From a virus (Duplodnaviria > Caudoviricetes): a stretch of 64,000 nucleotides of DNA. A program made the translations under genes and the position numbers. The notes beneath the pieces are model-generated. The model saw nothing but the letters and a program-made list of their open reading frames with translations, was not told where the DNA came from and did not search any database. Every line of letters starts with the position of its first letter. Position 1 is the first letter of the stretch. Below are positions 8,813-17,808 of this stretch, in pieces. Location: IMG/VR virus record IMGVR_UViG_3300043432_000485, positions 64,001 to 128,000 of that record. One strand, 5' to 3'.

Positions 8813-9963
8813 GCTGTCACCTTCCTACACCAATCTCTGAATTCTGGTATTGTCAGGGTGCGACGCATGAGATTGATGCGCTTGGACACCCATTGAACGT
8901 TGTCTATAGTGTACCCAAGATTATTGTCGATTCGATCAAGAGAGGCGGTCGTGTTATGTCCGGAACTCGCAGACCCGAAATAAATAGGCTCCAGGGACAG
9001 AGCGCAAACTTTTCCTTGGGACTCAAAAAGTGACCAAGCATCCCCTACAGATAGTTGAAACGGTAATCTTCTCCGGGTAGCACTGTCTATATACCCAGCC
9101 CACAGAGAACCCCTAATCTCTCGGAATCCGGTGAATTGCAAGCAGCCACACGATTGAGTTGTGCCCCTTACGATCGAATCCAAGCGAGCCGTGATCACGA
9201 CCCCACAGGCGCACAATGCTTCCGCATAAAGTGCCGCATAGGGCAAAGCTTGACGAGACACAGATAGGATCTTCAAACGACTAAAAGAGGCTCCAATATA
9301 CTTAGAGTACTTTGGCTCCCTCAAGGGCTGTACTTGAATGCTGTCAAGCACTGAAGCCGTACGAAACTCCACGGGATTGGTCACTTGGGCACATAGAGAA
9401 ATAAAAGCGTCTACCGATAGCTTGTGCCTCATCAAGTTGATTGTCTTGTGCGTCCACTGCAGATTACCGATCTCGTACCCTATAGATGAATCCAACCTAT
9501 CCAGTGAGGCGGTGGTTTCCGACGGCTTCGCCACTCTGCCGAATCCGATCTGTACCCCAGACATCTTACACATACGAGATTGAGACTCATACAAATCCCA
9601 ACCATGCTCTATGGAAATATGGAATGCTAGGCCTCTTCTCTCAGCGTCACGGCGATAACCATACCACACTTTGCCCCGCAGTTCCTTGTAGCCTTGATAC
9701 CCTGCATTACGTTCACCGAGACTCTGTTCACCAGCTCGTTCACGATGATAGCAGCCACAGGATACGGTCTTTCCGTGCCGCAAGGCTGCTGTCTTGACAT
9801 CTTTGGTCGTCCCGCAATCACATCTGCACGTAGCTTTGTAGCTCCAAACTCCAGGGCGGTTACCGGGGATGTGCTTCAAAGACAATATGGTCAATCGACC
9901 GAATTTTACACCAATCAGATATTCTGGTGGCCTGGGTTTACTTCCTTGGCGGGGCATACCCAC
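8767..9963 (-). CDS. homing endonuclease, HNH-like, with two tandem modules
   Basis: Two copies of G.KF.RL.I...C.C.CG...T.SCGC...SLDR.D...GY...N.QW; visibly more AT-rich than its neighbours. Confidence 0.8.
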   Translation of the reverse strand: MGMPRQGSKPRPPEYLIGVKFGRLTILSLKHIPGNRPGVWSYKATCRCDCGTTKDVKTAALRHGKTVSCGCYHRERAGEQSLGERNAGYQGYKELRGKVWYGYRRDAERRGLAFHISIEHGWDLYESQSRMCKMSGVQIGFGRVAKPSETTASLDRLDSSIGYEIGNLQWTHKTINLMRHKLSVDAFISLCAQVTNPVEFRTASVLDSIQVQPLREPKYSKYIGASFSRLKILSVSRQALPYAALYAEALCACGVVITARLDSIVRGTTQSCGCLQFTGFREIRGSLWAGYIDSATRRRLPFQLSVGDAWSLFESQGKVCALSLEPIYFGSASSGHNTTASLDRIDNNLGYTIDNVQWVSKRINLMRRTLTIPEFRDWCRKVTAWQSRTKKGTQLDLV

Positions 9964-10009
9964 CAGATACTACAAAACCTTTATTGGATCTCCCATAGTT
10001 ATACAAATG

Positions 10010-10285
10010 TCATCTGAAGCAGGGGTGATTGAGGATGAGCCAAGCCCCCTTCTCGGTCAGCAGGATATTCCCATGATGGTGCCATCCCATCCCCCCACCT
10101 CTGATAAGGCCGTGCTCGGCCAACAATTTGGCCACAGACATAGATTCCTGATCCACGTGTAAGGATAACTGTCGAGGGGGCCGGCCATCCGCTATGACCA
10201 TGTCAGCCAAGGCCCTAAACAGAGCAACTTCTGGGCCTGTCAGGTAAGTGCCATCATCTAAGGTTAGGGCCTCTGCTTCATCCAT
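10010..10285 (-). CDS. hypothetical protein
   Basis: 91 aa ORF with GAGG SD and a GGTGTA element upstream. Confidence 0.6.
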   Translation of the reverse strand: MDEAEALTLDDGTYLTGPEVALFRALADMVIADGRPPRQLSLHVDQESMSVAKLLAEHGLIRGGGMGWHHHGNILLTEKGAWLILNHPCFR

Positions 10286-10293
10286 GAGTACCT

Positions 10294-10689
10294 CTACACC
10301 ATCGGGAACAGGATCTCGAACCGCACGCTTGCCGCCCAGAGCTTCTCCATCATGTCGTGCGTCCCTCGATTCTGGGTTTTCGTCACCGGCCCGGTAGAGA
10401 ACCCATATGCCTTGTCAAGCTTGACTCCGGAGCTATCGGGGTGCTCGGAAGCCAGCATCTTCGCGTTGCGCATGTGACCGGCTGCCTTTCCGAACTCATC
10501 CCACTCCTCAGGGGTCACCGGATACGCTCGAATTTCAAACCCTAGGGATCTGCCCACTCGGTCTGCCGCCTTATCGGCTCCGCGAGCATTGCCGTGGATC
10601 AGAATGGTGTCCTTGGGTAACTTGGACAGGATCCGAAGAATCACCCCTTCCTGCGCCCATTCTCTAGATCCGAAAACCAAGACCTTCAT
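10294..10689 (-). CDS. SLOG-family protein (DUF2493 / YspA-like)
   Basis: MKVLVFGSREW, LIHGNARGAD, W..FGKAAG..RN..M and GT..M. Confidence 0.8.
   Translation of the reverse strand: MKVLVFGSREWAQEGVILRILSKLPKDTILIHGNARGADKAADRVGRSLGFEIRAYPVTPEEWDEFGKAAGHMRNAKMLASEHPDSSGVKLDKAYGFSTGPVTKTQNRGTHDMMEKLWAASVRFEILFPMV
10295..10300 (-). promoter_or_regulatory. GGTGTA element
   Basis: 9 nt before the ATG at 10285. Confidence 0.55.
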
Positions 10690-11141
10690 AGCTGAATGAG
10701 CTTGGCCCTGATGGCATCCAATAGTTCGTTGCGCAGAGCTTGGGTCACGATCTTGTCCCGCTCCGGTTTGGTCCTCGCATACCAGGCATTGATGGTATCC
10801 CTCGACGTGAACCCCTTCAGCTGCTCCATGAGGGTTACCTGGATCTCTTGCTCCTGAAACTGAGCCGGAGCACTCTTGAGGGTTTCAGCAATCGGGCTCG
10901 TGCTGGCCTCGGGAGCTTCCCCTAGCTTGCTGGTCAGGTCAGTGGCCCGCCGCGCCACTTCGATGGACATAGCGAGAGCCTTGATGGCATCCTCTTCTTG
11001 GGCTTTGTTGCCATTGAAGATTGCGTTGAGCACCAGCTTCGTGGACTCAAGGGCATTCATGGCGGCATCGTACTGAGCCTGGGATTTGATGCCGGGGAAG
11101 CCTCGGCGAATCACCTCGGACATGACTTGTTCTGGGGTCAT
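10686..11141 (-). CDS. hypothetical protein
   Basis: 151 aa, helical; 4-bp overlaps with neighbours. Confidence 0.65.
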   Translation of the reverse strand: MTPEQVMSEVIRRGFPGIKSQAQYDAAMNALESTKLVLNAIFNGNKAQEEDAIKALAMSIEVARRATDLTSKLGEAPEASTSPIAETLKSAPAQFQEQEIQVTLMEQLKGFTSRDTINAWYARTKPERDKIVTQALRNELLDAIRAKLIQL

Positions 11142-11353
11142 CTTGATCTCCGGTTCTCTAGGACGCGAGCCAAGGCCATTTCCAGCGCATGGTCACACGC
11201 GATATGGCTGGATGGATGGTCCCCCATAGGAGAACCAACACACCTGATGCAGTGGCATTGATGCCTAGCTTCTTCGATGTACCCCATCAATGCCTTGAGC
11301 CTGAGGAAAAGGGGATCGTTGGGACGCTTGGCGGTTCGGCGCTCTGGTTGCAT
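11138..11353 (-). CDS. small Cys/His-rich hypothetical protein
   Basis: CHCIRC...HIAC; translationally coupled to both neighbours. Confidence 0.55.
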   Translation of the reverse strand: MQPERRTAKRPNDPLFLRLKALMGYIEEARHQCHCIRCVGSPMGDHPSSHIACDHALEMALARVLENRRSR

Positions 11354-11647
11354 CTACTGGAGCTTTCTGGTCGCCGACTGGAGCAAGCGCTTGTGAAAGA
11401 GGTCAGCCATCGCGGTGGCATTAGGTACACCGGCGGCCCGCAGATTGCGTTCGAACAGGCCACGAAGGATCTGGGACCCTTGCTGAAGGTTCTCGGCGAC
11501 ACCCAGACAAGGCTTGCAGTAGTGCACCTCGGTGGGCGGGTTGGGACCCATGAGGGCTCTCTCGGCTTCCGTTAGGGTGAAGGACCTGCCGACCGGGAAC
11601 TCCCGGCCGCACATGCAGCACTTCTTTGGTTTGGGGTCAGACTCCAT
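11354..11647 (-). CDS. CxxC zinc-ribbon hypothetical protein
   Basis: CCMC...CKPC; start MESDPK at 11647. Confidence 0.6.
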   Translation of the reverse strand: MESDPKPKKCCMCGREFPVGRSFTLTEAERALMGPNPPTEVHYCKPCLGVAENLQQGSQILRGLFERNLRAAGVPNATAMADLFHKRLLQSATRKLQ

Positions 11648-12254
11648 GGAGGTTCCTTGTGTGCTGCTGGTCTGACTCCTCGATCGTGAGCTTTCCAGTG
11701 TCGATCTCCTCACCCATCAAGAGGGCCTCTGCTAATGGCATGAGGGAACCGAATACCCCAACTCGCTTCAAGAAGTTGCGGGCTTCCTTGGTATACTGGA
11801 CCACTGTGCTCACGTTAGGAACCATAGGGGTAGTGACTCCTAACCGGTGTGGGTGACATTCAGCTGGATCCCCAGTAGAGAACGTGACCCGGCAATGAAG
11901 GGGGCGGCCATTGTATGCGGTGCATTGGTTGGTAGTGGGATCCAACAGAGGGCAGGGGATGTTGCTCATGAGCCACACCTCAAAACTCAGCCCTGTGGTT
12001 TTGCCGCGGACTTCCTCAGCTCGCTGCCGCACTTGCTTGGACCACTGGCCGTTCTCCACCAGCCAACGATACAGGAGGATCCCCTCCGATATGGTGATCA
12101 GAAATGGGTGGTGACAACAAGCAGAGCACCCGGATTTGCACGACGTCTTTACGTTGGCCTTCTTGAGTCCAATCTCGAACTCTAGGCCAGTCTGGGTCTG
12201 CATCACTTGAGTGTCAGACAGTACCCGTTCCACCAAAATAGGTAAGCGCCTCAT
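11637..12254 (-). CDS. YkgJ-family cysteine-cluster (Zn or Fe-S) protein
   Basis: CKSGCSACC followed by CPLL...C..YNGRP..CR. Confidence 0.8.
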   Translation of the reverse strand: MRRLPILVERVLSDTQVMQTQTGLEFEIGLKKANVKTSCKSGCSACCHHPFLITISEGILLYRWLVENGQWSKQVRQRAEEVRGKTTGLSFEVWLMSNIPCPLLDPTTNQCTAYNGRPLHCRVTFSTGDPAECHPHRLGVTTPMVPNVSTVVQYTKEARNFLKRVGVFGSLMPLAEALLMGEEIDTGKLTIEESDQQHTRNLHGV

Positions 12255-12781
12255 CAGTCGTCATCCTTCTCTTCCCGTAGGAGATCAAACACTGTGGGCG
12301 GCTTAGGGGGCGGAGGCGGAGCATTCAACGCTTGCTGCCTCTCATGCCGCCTTTGCTTGATGCCCAATGACGCGAAGTTCCGTGGGATCTCCACCGGGAA
12401 TCCGGACGTGCGCCCTGACCCGGACATCTCGTATGTGACCGTTAGGCGATCCCGATACCCGAACCGGAGTTCTGGGTTCAGAAGCAACACGCCCCCGATC
12501 TGAAACTCATCGAGCTTCACCCAGTCTCGGAACCTAACTAGTGGTCGGCCAGAGAATGACACTCCAGTCAGGCGAGCGCTGCGTTTAGAGGGGAGCGGAG
12601 CGGACGGCCAGTCACGCACGGGATTGCAAACCACCTGGCACAGTCCCGCGATGTCACCATCCTGGTCCATGACATCGGTGGCACCGTCTTCAGATTCCAG
12701 GAAGGAGGTGGCGACCGCTTCGTCGATCTTACGGACTATCCAAAGCTTGTCCTGCCATCGAACTAGGTCGCCTACGTCCAT
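12254..12781 (-). CDS. hypothetical protein
   Basis: 175 aa with an SH3-like N-terminus (MDVGDLVRW); GGTGTA upstream. Confidence 0.65.
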   Translation of the reverse strand: MDVGDLVRWQDKLWIVRKIDEAVATSFLESEDGATDVMDQDGDIAGLCQVVCNPVRDWPSAPLPSKRSARLTGVSFSGRPLVRFRDWVKLDEFQIGGVLLLNPELRFGYRDRLTVTYEMSGSGRTSGFPVEIPRNFASLGIKQRRHERQQALNAPPPPPKPPTVFDLLREEKDDD

Positions 12782-12791
12782 CCATTCCCTT

Positions 12792-12797
12792 TACACC
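12792..12797 (-). promoter_or_regulatory. GGTGTA element
   Basis: 10 nt before the ATG at 12781. Confidence 0.55.
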
Positions 12798-12834
12798 ACT
12801 ACGGGAGCGTCGGCCCCCGTAGTGGTCATTGCTC

Positions 12835-13506
12835 TCAGCTCAACTGAGAGGAAACCAACGCTGCCACATCCAGGCCTTGAGACGCGAACAAAGCGTCCGC
12901 CTGATTCTTGCCAGACTCGACTAGCAGAACCTCGGGGTCCTTGGCCGGTGCCGGGGTACCGCGCAGCCCTGCCATGATGGCGTCCGGATCGATCTTCGTT
13001 ACCTGGTACCGGCCGCGATCCACCTTCGTGAACACGAGTACGCGGACCACATCGTTGGTGTTCGGGTCACGCAGCGGCTGCCCTTGAGCGTCCCGCACCT
13101 TCACGGTCTGCTGGCTCAGCAACGTGCTGATGTAGCCCCGGACGTTGTTGCTCGTCGGGGAGTAGCCGGCCTTGTCCAAAGCCGTCTCCACTTCACCGGC
13201 GCTCATCGTGTCGTTCCCCATGACCTTGATGATCTTGTCGATCAACGTCATGTCACTCTTGGGCTTGGCGATTGCGGTCTTGGGTTCCTTGGCAGGTTTG
13301 GCAGGAGGTAGAATCGTCTCCTCGATCGGGAACAGGATGAGGAACTGCTGATACTTGCTGTTCAGCTGTTCGAACTCCTCCTTCGCGGTGGCGAGAGCGG
13401 TGGTAGCTGCGGCGAGCTGTTGCTCAGCCTTATCGAATCGGCCCTTGGCGGCAGCAACTTCAGTGGCCAGGGCTTTCTGTGCTTTTTGAAAAATCTCGTT
13501 TGACAC
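12835..13506 (-). CDS. coiled-coil plus winged-helix putative DNA-binding protein
   Basis: Heptad N-terminus, Pro/Lys linker, then LIDKIIKVMG..MSAGEV..AL...GY...RG.ISTLL; GTG at 13506 after GGAG. Confidence 0.6.
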   Translation of the reverse strand: MSNEIFQKAQKALATEVAAAKGRFDKAEQQLAAATTALATAKEEFEQLNSKYQQFLILFPIEETILPPAKPAKEPKTAIAKPKSDMTLIDKIIKVMGNDTMSAGEVETALDKAGYSPTSNNVRGYISTLLSQQTVKVRDAQGQPLRDPNTNDVVRVLVFTKVDRGRYQVTKIDPDAIMAGLRGTPAPAKDPEVLLVESGKNQADALFASQGLDVAALVSSQLS

Positions 13507-13619
13507 GGGCAATCTCCATCTACATATGGGGAACGACAGGGGAATCATTCCCAGGACCAGTGGGTTATAGTTGCAACCCCCAGGGCGGCAACAGATCTAG
13601 AGGGACTTTCTGAGACTCT

Positions 13620-13862
13620 CTAGGGCTTGACCGGGAACTCTCGGTCAATGTCCACGTCATGAATTACACCGAGTCGACGCAAGTGTGCTTCGGCTTTCCC
13701 ATCAGCCAGCGCTCTTTTTAGCCCTTCCAGCCGGCGATCCCCGATGGTCTCCGCCCGCTGAATCGTGCGCCGCAAGAGCAGCTGCCAGTCAGCCTGCCGT
13801 TCCGGAGCCTGAATCCGATTCTGTGGTCTCTGATTGGTTGCCCCTAGCCGTCTCGATGCCAT
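13620..13862 (-). CDS. hypothetical protein
   Basis: 80 aa with AAGGAG SD; overlaps the 3' end of the upstream gene. Confidence 0.5.
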   Translation of the reverse strand: MASRRLGATNQRPQNRIQAPERQADWQLLLRRTIQRAETIGDRRLEGLKRALADGKAEAHLRRLGVIHDVDIDREFPVKP

Positions 13863-14202
13863 TCGTGCTCTCCTTGAGGATCTGGTCCTGTATCTGGGAC
13901 TCCAACAAACGAATCGATTCCATGGACGCCACTGGCAGCCCGATGAAGCCGTGGATGAGACGCATGGTGACCTCGCGCTGAAGAGCCAGCTCGGCTTTCA
14001 GCGCGGAGTTCTCGATCTCCACCTGACGCAAGACCGAGATCGTGTCGTCCACCTTGGACGCCAGCTTCTCGATCTCAGCCAGATATGGCCGGAGCCGGTC
14101 CGCCACATCGGAGAACTCATGCAGGGCGGCCATCGTCTTGACGACATGGCTAGGAAGCTTCTTGTCAGAAGCCGCTTGGGCTCGTTTCATGTGTCTGTTC
14201 AT
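13789..14202 (-). CDS. coiled-coil hypothetical protein
   Basis: 137 aa helical ORF in the operon. Confidence 0.65.
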   Translation of the reverse strand: MNRHMKRAQAASDKKLPSHVVKTMAALHEFSDVADRLRPYLAEIEKLASKVDDTISVLRQVEIENSALKAELALQREVTMRLIHGFIGLPVASMESIRLLESQIQDQILKESTNGIETARGNQSETTESDSGSGTAG

Positions 14203-14223
14203 ATTTGATCTGGCTGTTGAGAG

Positions 14224-14616
14224 TTACTGCGGGAATGGAGGTTGACCACGGAAGATCGAGTAGAAGGGGATCGAGCCGGAGTTGTGCGGCTGATTGAGCA
14301 AGGCTTGCTCAATGTCGTTCTGCTCTGGCGTCGGGAGACTCGGGACCGTCCGCGCCATCTCCAGCAGGTCCGGGTCAGAAGTGACGGTCAACAGGTCAGC
14401 GCGAGCCTGTGGGTCTCGTTCGAGAGTGTTGATGACCTGCTCCTTAGTCATCGTGTCCAGCATGCAAATGCCCGGCGCCGTGACATCGTTGGGGCTGTCC
14501 CCTCTCTCTACCCATACATTCTTGGACCCAGGGACGTAGCGGTCACATTTTGTGACGGGTGCTACAGGGCACGTCGGGGGACCAGAGCAAGGGGTATTCT
14601 GACAAGAACAGGACAT
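14224..14616 (-). CDS. Cys-rich N-terminus hypothetical protein
   Basis: MSCSCQNTPC...C...C; GAGG SD and GGTGTA upstream. Confidence 0.65.
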   Translation of the reverse strand: MSCSCQNTPCSGPPTCPVAPVTKCDRYVPGSKNVWVERGDSPNDVTAPGICMLDTMTKEQVINTLERDPQARADLLTVTSDPDLLEMARTVPSLPTPEQNDIEQALLNQPHNSGSIPFYSIFRGQPPFPQ

Positions 14617-14626
14617 GGTGTACCTC

Positions 14627-14632
14627 TACACC
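14627..14632 (-). promoter_or_regulatory. GGTGTA element
   Basis: 10 nt before the ATG at 14616. Confidence 0.55.
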
Positions 14633-14642
14633 AAGCCGTAGC

Positions 14643-15089
14643 TCAAGAAGATTCTTGCACCCAATCAGCCCGGATCAAAAGCCGCGTCTCCGGATGCCTC
14701 TCCGCACAGGAAAGCGCCACACGCCAGTACAGGATCCGGTTTTTTATCCGCAAATGCTGCATCACCGGCTCCACGGGACCCTGGCAAGTGGGACAGAGCT
14801 GCGCTCGAATATGCGCAATCACACGGTCGACGCTAGGGAGGGGGATAGCCTTCTCCACATCCTGATCAGTCAGGTCGTCTGAATCCCCATAGAGTTCATC
14901 CAGAACCCCAGGAGGGAGGCCCGCCCCAACTTCACTATCCCCTTCAAGCTTAGCTTTTTCCATCCACCACTCCTTGGTGCGGTTGAACTTGGTGTTGATC
15001 CGAATCGGCTTCAGGCTGTGCCCTAGGGCTCTTGGCTTGTCAGGACCTTGATACGGCCCATCTTCCCACCACTCATCTCGTTTAGTCAT
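14643..15089 (-). CDS. hypothetical protein with C-terminal zinc ribbon
   Basis: CPTC...C..H near the C-terminus. Confidence 0.6.
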   Translation of the reverse strand: MTKRDEWWEDGPYQGPDKPRALGHSLKPIRINTKFNRTKEWWMEKAKLEGDSEVGAGLPPGVLDELYGDSDDLTDQDVEKAIPLPSVDRVIAHIRAQLCPTCQGPVEPVMQHLRIKNRILYWRVALSCAERHPETRLLIRADWVQESS

Positions 15090-15310
15090 TGGTTACCGGC
15101 CGGCAGACTCTTGATAGCCACCACAGGAAGAGTTTCCATGGCCAGCCGAGCATGCACTTCAAAGAGTGCCACAAGGGCTTTACGGTCTCTCACCACCGGG
15201 GCGCTTCTCCAACCGCAGCTGCAGACGATGCGATCCGCATTGTCATGGTAGTAGAAACCACCATCCCCAAAGGTGCACGGTTGAAAGCTGGTCACTTCGT
15301 GGTTCGACAT
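15086..15310 (-). CDS. small hypothetical protein
   Basis: 74 aa with CSCG; GGTGTA upstream. Confidence 0.6.
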   Translation of the reverse strand: MSNHEVTSFQPCTFGDGGFYYHDNADRIVCSCGWRSAPVVRDRKALVALFEVHARLAMETLPVVAIKSLPAGNQ

Positions 15311-15319
15311 GGCCCCTAC

Positions 15320-15325
15320 TACACC
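15320..15325 (-). promoter_or_regulatory. GGTGTA element
   Basis: 9 nt before the ATG at 15310. Confidence 0.55.
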
Positions 15326-15328
15326 GAC

Positions 15329-16156
15329 TCAGCGGATTACCGGGAGACTCTTGGTTGAGTTGCGCTTCTTCACGGCCAGTCCCTGATCCCCTGCATAGCA
15401 GTACTGACAGCCGAAAGAGCACGTCTCGTTGATGGTGAACGGGTCCACCATCAGCACGCAGCCGCAGCGCTCATAGGCTGGGCTCGCACCGGGGAAGTCC
15501 TTAGGCGGTACGCAAACGTCCACGGTGAAGCGCTGATCAGTTGCGTCAATGAAGGACAGGTCGTCCTGGCACAGCGCGATCTGGACCCCCGCCTGAGCCG
15601 CCTCATCGGCAAGCTCATTCAACAGCGCGAAGCGTTGCTCCTTGGTGCGCGTCTCGGGGATCCGATCATTGGGCTGCAAGAACGACACGAACACTTCTTT
15701 GAGCCCAGCGGTAGAGGCGTATCCGAGCAAGATCTTGAAGCGCTCCAGCACGACCCAATCCGGCAACAGGGGGATGGGGCTGAACCTCCAACGCACCAAG
15801 GAGAACGCCTTAGCGGTCTCGATCAAGAGATGCCCGGCATCCTCCAACGACGGGGCGCCGCGCTCGACTTCAGACCAGCCGGTGGCCGTCACGTGAACCG
15901 ACACATCGTAGTCTTGGAGCCTGAGCTGAGCCGCGATCAGGTTCCTGGGGTCCTTGGTCCAGAATACCAGGCCCAGCGTGTCCTCGGGGCGCAAGGACCA
16001 GACTGAGGGCACCCCGGTGCGCGGGTCGAACGCGATCATCTGGCCGAAAGCCAGGCACTGCTCGAACCATTGCCACTTTTGAGTTGATCCAGGAAGATCA
16101 GTCCAACGTGAGAGGCTGTAAGGTATCCCTTCGACCCGGCCGCTTCGTAAAATCAT
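15329..16156 (-). CDS. DUF1848-family (radical-SAM-like) protein
   Basis: N-terminal SRWTDLP, VFWTKDP, WRFSPI and C-terminal CGC...TCSFGCQYCYA. Confidence 0.8.
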   Translation of the reverse strand: MILRSGRVEGIPYSLSRWTDLPGSTQKWQWFEQCLAFGQMIAFDPRTGVPSVWSLRPEDTLGLVFWTKDPRNLIAAQLRLQDYDVSVHVTATGWSEVERGAPSLEDAGHLLIETAKAFSLVRWRFSPIPLLPDWVVLERFKILLGYASTAGLKEVFVSFLQPNDRIPETRTKEQRFALLNELADEAAQAGVQIALCQDDLSFIDATDQRFTVDVCVPPKDFPGASPAYERCGCVLMVDPFTINETCSFGCQYCYAGDQGLAVKKRNSTKSLPVIR

Positions 16157-16806
16157 GATCTATGCCTATCGGCTACGAGCCTACACAAGGTAAGAAACTC
16201 TTCATAAGGTAAATCAAGCTTGGCCAAGTTGCAGTGCTTACATGCGGTTACTACATTCTCTGGTGTGTAACCAAGTGCTGAGTCCACCCTATCTATCCCA
16301 TTGAGAGGTACCGTCTCAGTACGCAGCCCTTTTGGCTTACGTGCAGAGAATGGAAGCCGCCCACAATAATGGCAGCTACCGGTAACCAAAGTCGATACAT
16401 CGGCTTCGGTAAGACGAAACTCCCTGCCAAACTTGTTGGCTGATTGACGGTAGCTCACATAGCAGAATCTGATTGCAGCCTCTTTGTCCGTTCTCCTTGA
16501 CATAATGCTTTTTACGCCAAGTGGCTGCATTTTTTGCGCATTTAGAGTCTGTCTGACTGACCTCGGCAGGGTGGCGGATACCTTGCTCCCAACTATTTGA
16601 ACCGACTTCATATTCTCTGTCCTCTTACAGCCACAGGAAGTCGTGTGACCGTTCCTAAGATCGGAACTAGAAACAACCACCTCTGTAGAGCAATCGCACT
16701 TGCACAGCCACTGAGCTTGGCGCCTCCCTCTAATGGGAGCTTGTTCAAGGACGAACAGATGCCCGAACTTAGCACCTTTTACGTCTATGGGTTTACGACC
16801 GCCCAT
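16153..16806 (-). CDS. homing endonuclease, HNH-like
   Basis: GAKFGHL.V...CKCDC...GHTTSCGC; CHYC; GIDRVDSALGY...NVV.AC..CN. Confidence 0.8.
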   Translation of the reverse strand: MGGRKPIDVKGAKFGHLFVLEQAPIRGRRQAQWLCKCDCSTEVVVSSSDLRNGHTTSCGCKRTENMKSVQIVGSKVSATLPRSVRQTLNAQKMQPLGVKSIMSRRTDKEAAIRFCYVSYRQSANKFGREFRLTEADVSTLVTGSCHYCGRLPFSARKPKGLRTETVPLNGIDRVDSALGYTPENVVTACKHCNLAKLDLPYEEFLTLCRLVADRHRS

Positions 16807-16849
16807 GGGCCAAGGTTAGCCCGAAATCGGTCAGATGTACAACCCTAGC

Positions 16850-17278
16850 CTACACTTTGTGCGTTTTTGGCTGATACCCGTGACTGCACGGTTTGACCGT
16901 GTACCGCAGCGCGTAACCGATCGATTGCAGGACCTGGAGGGTAACGGAAGCTGAAGCCGCTGCAGAGCCGTCGACTCCGAGGGGGTACTCCACGTCCACC
17001 CTGATTTGCCGGCGCAAGCCTGACTTCTCCTGGGCGGCCGTAAGGGGTCCGGAGGACTGGTGCCCCACAACCTTGAGGGGCACCGCAACGTCGAAGTCCT
17101 GTCCCTCAATCTGGATGTCCAAGGACTCCCCGTTAATTGAACGGATCACATCAATGTTGAAAGGTTTCGCAATTTTGCGGCCCTCCTCGAACAGCACGGA
17201 CATGACCTTGGTCTGAGGGCCGGCGGCGGTGCGGTCAGCGTACTTGCGCGCGACTTCTTCTGCCAAGCCCTTGCTCAT
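16850..17278 (-). CDS. hypothetical protein with N-terminal tag
   Basis: Real start is MSKGLAEEVARKYADRTAAG at 17278, with a 4-bp overlap with the upstream gene. Confidence 0.6.
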   Translation of the reverse strand: MSKGLAEEVARKYADRTAAGPQTKVMSVLFEEGRKIAKPFNIDVIRSINGESLDIQIEGQDFDVAVPLKVVGHQSSGPLTAAQEKSGLRRQIRVDVEYPLGVDGSAAASASVTLQVLQSIGYALRYTVKPCSHGYQPKTHKV

Positions 17279-17778
17279 GACCCCTCGATGAAGCGGGCGG
17301 CCACCGCGGCGCCCACGAACCTGTTCGTCACACGCTCGGAAGCCGTCTTGGGCGCCGTGTGGGTGTACCGGGGCTCGAATTCCTTGGCCAGGTAGTTGAT
17401 GTAGTCGGCCAGGTACTTGCAGACTTGAGCCGGTGTGCCCGTCTTGGCCCGGAACTTCTTGGGCTGCTTCTCTCCGTGCCCCGCGTAGAGGGAGATGCTC
17501 ATCTCTACCTTCACCTTGCCGGTCGGGGCCGGCGCGTTCTCGTCCTTCTTGTCCCACCCGTCCACGAAGAACAGCGCCCGGTTGTTCTCGGCCTCGGCAC
17601 CACCGCCCGCCGAACCCACCCCAGGAGGCAAGTTGACGAAATTGATGGACATCATGTCGGATTGACCGAGGGAGTTACGACGCACCTTGACTTGGCGGCC
17701 GTTTGCTTTGGTCAATTTTTCCAACTCGGCGGAAAAATCGGCAGAACTGAGAATTTCGGCAGCAGCTTTGTTGGTCAT
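17275..17778 (-). CDS. hypothetical protein with C-terminal tags
   Basis: Ends KTASERVTNRFVGAAVAARFIEGS. Confidence 0.65.
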   Translation of the reverse strand: MTNKAAAEILSSADFSAELEKLTKANGRQVKVRRNSLGQSDMMSINFVNLPPGVGSAGGGAEAENNRALFFVDGWDKKDENAPAPTGKVKVEMSISLYAGHGEKQPKKFRAKTGTPAQVCKYLADYINYLAKEFEPRYTHTAPKTASERVTNRFVGAAVAARFIEGS

Positions 17779-17808
17779 ACCCTTACTAGACAGTATGCCA
17801 TCAAAACT

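Noticed and set aside
13566-13595. Sigma70-like TTGCCG-N16-TATAAC on the - strand upstream of 13506
   Set aside because: Single weak match with suboptimal spacing; cannot be supported without TSS data.
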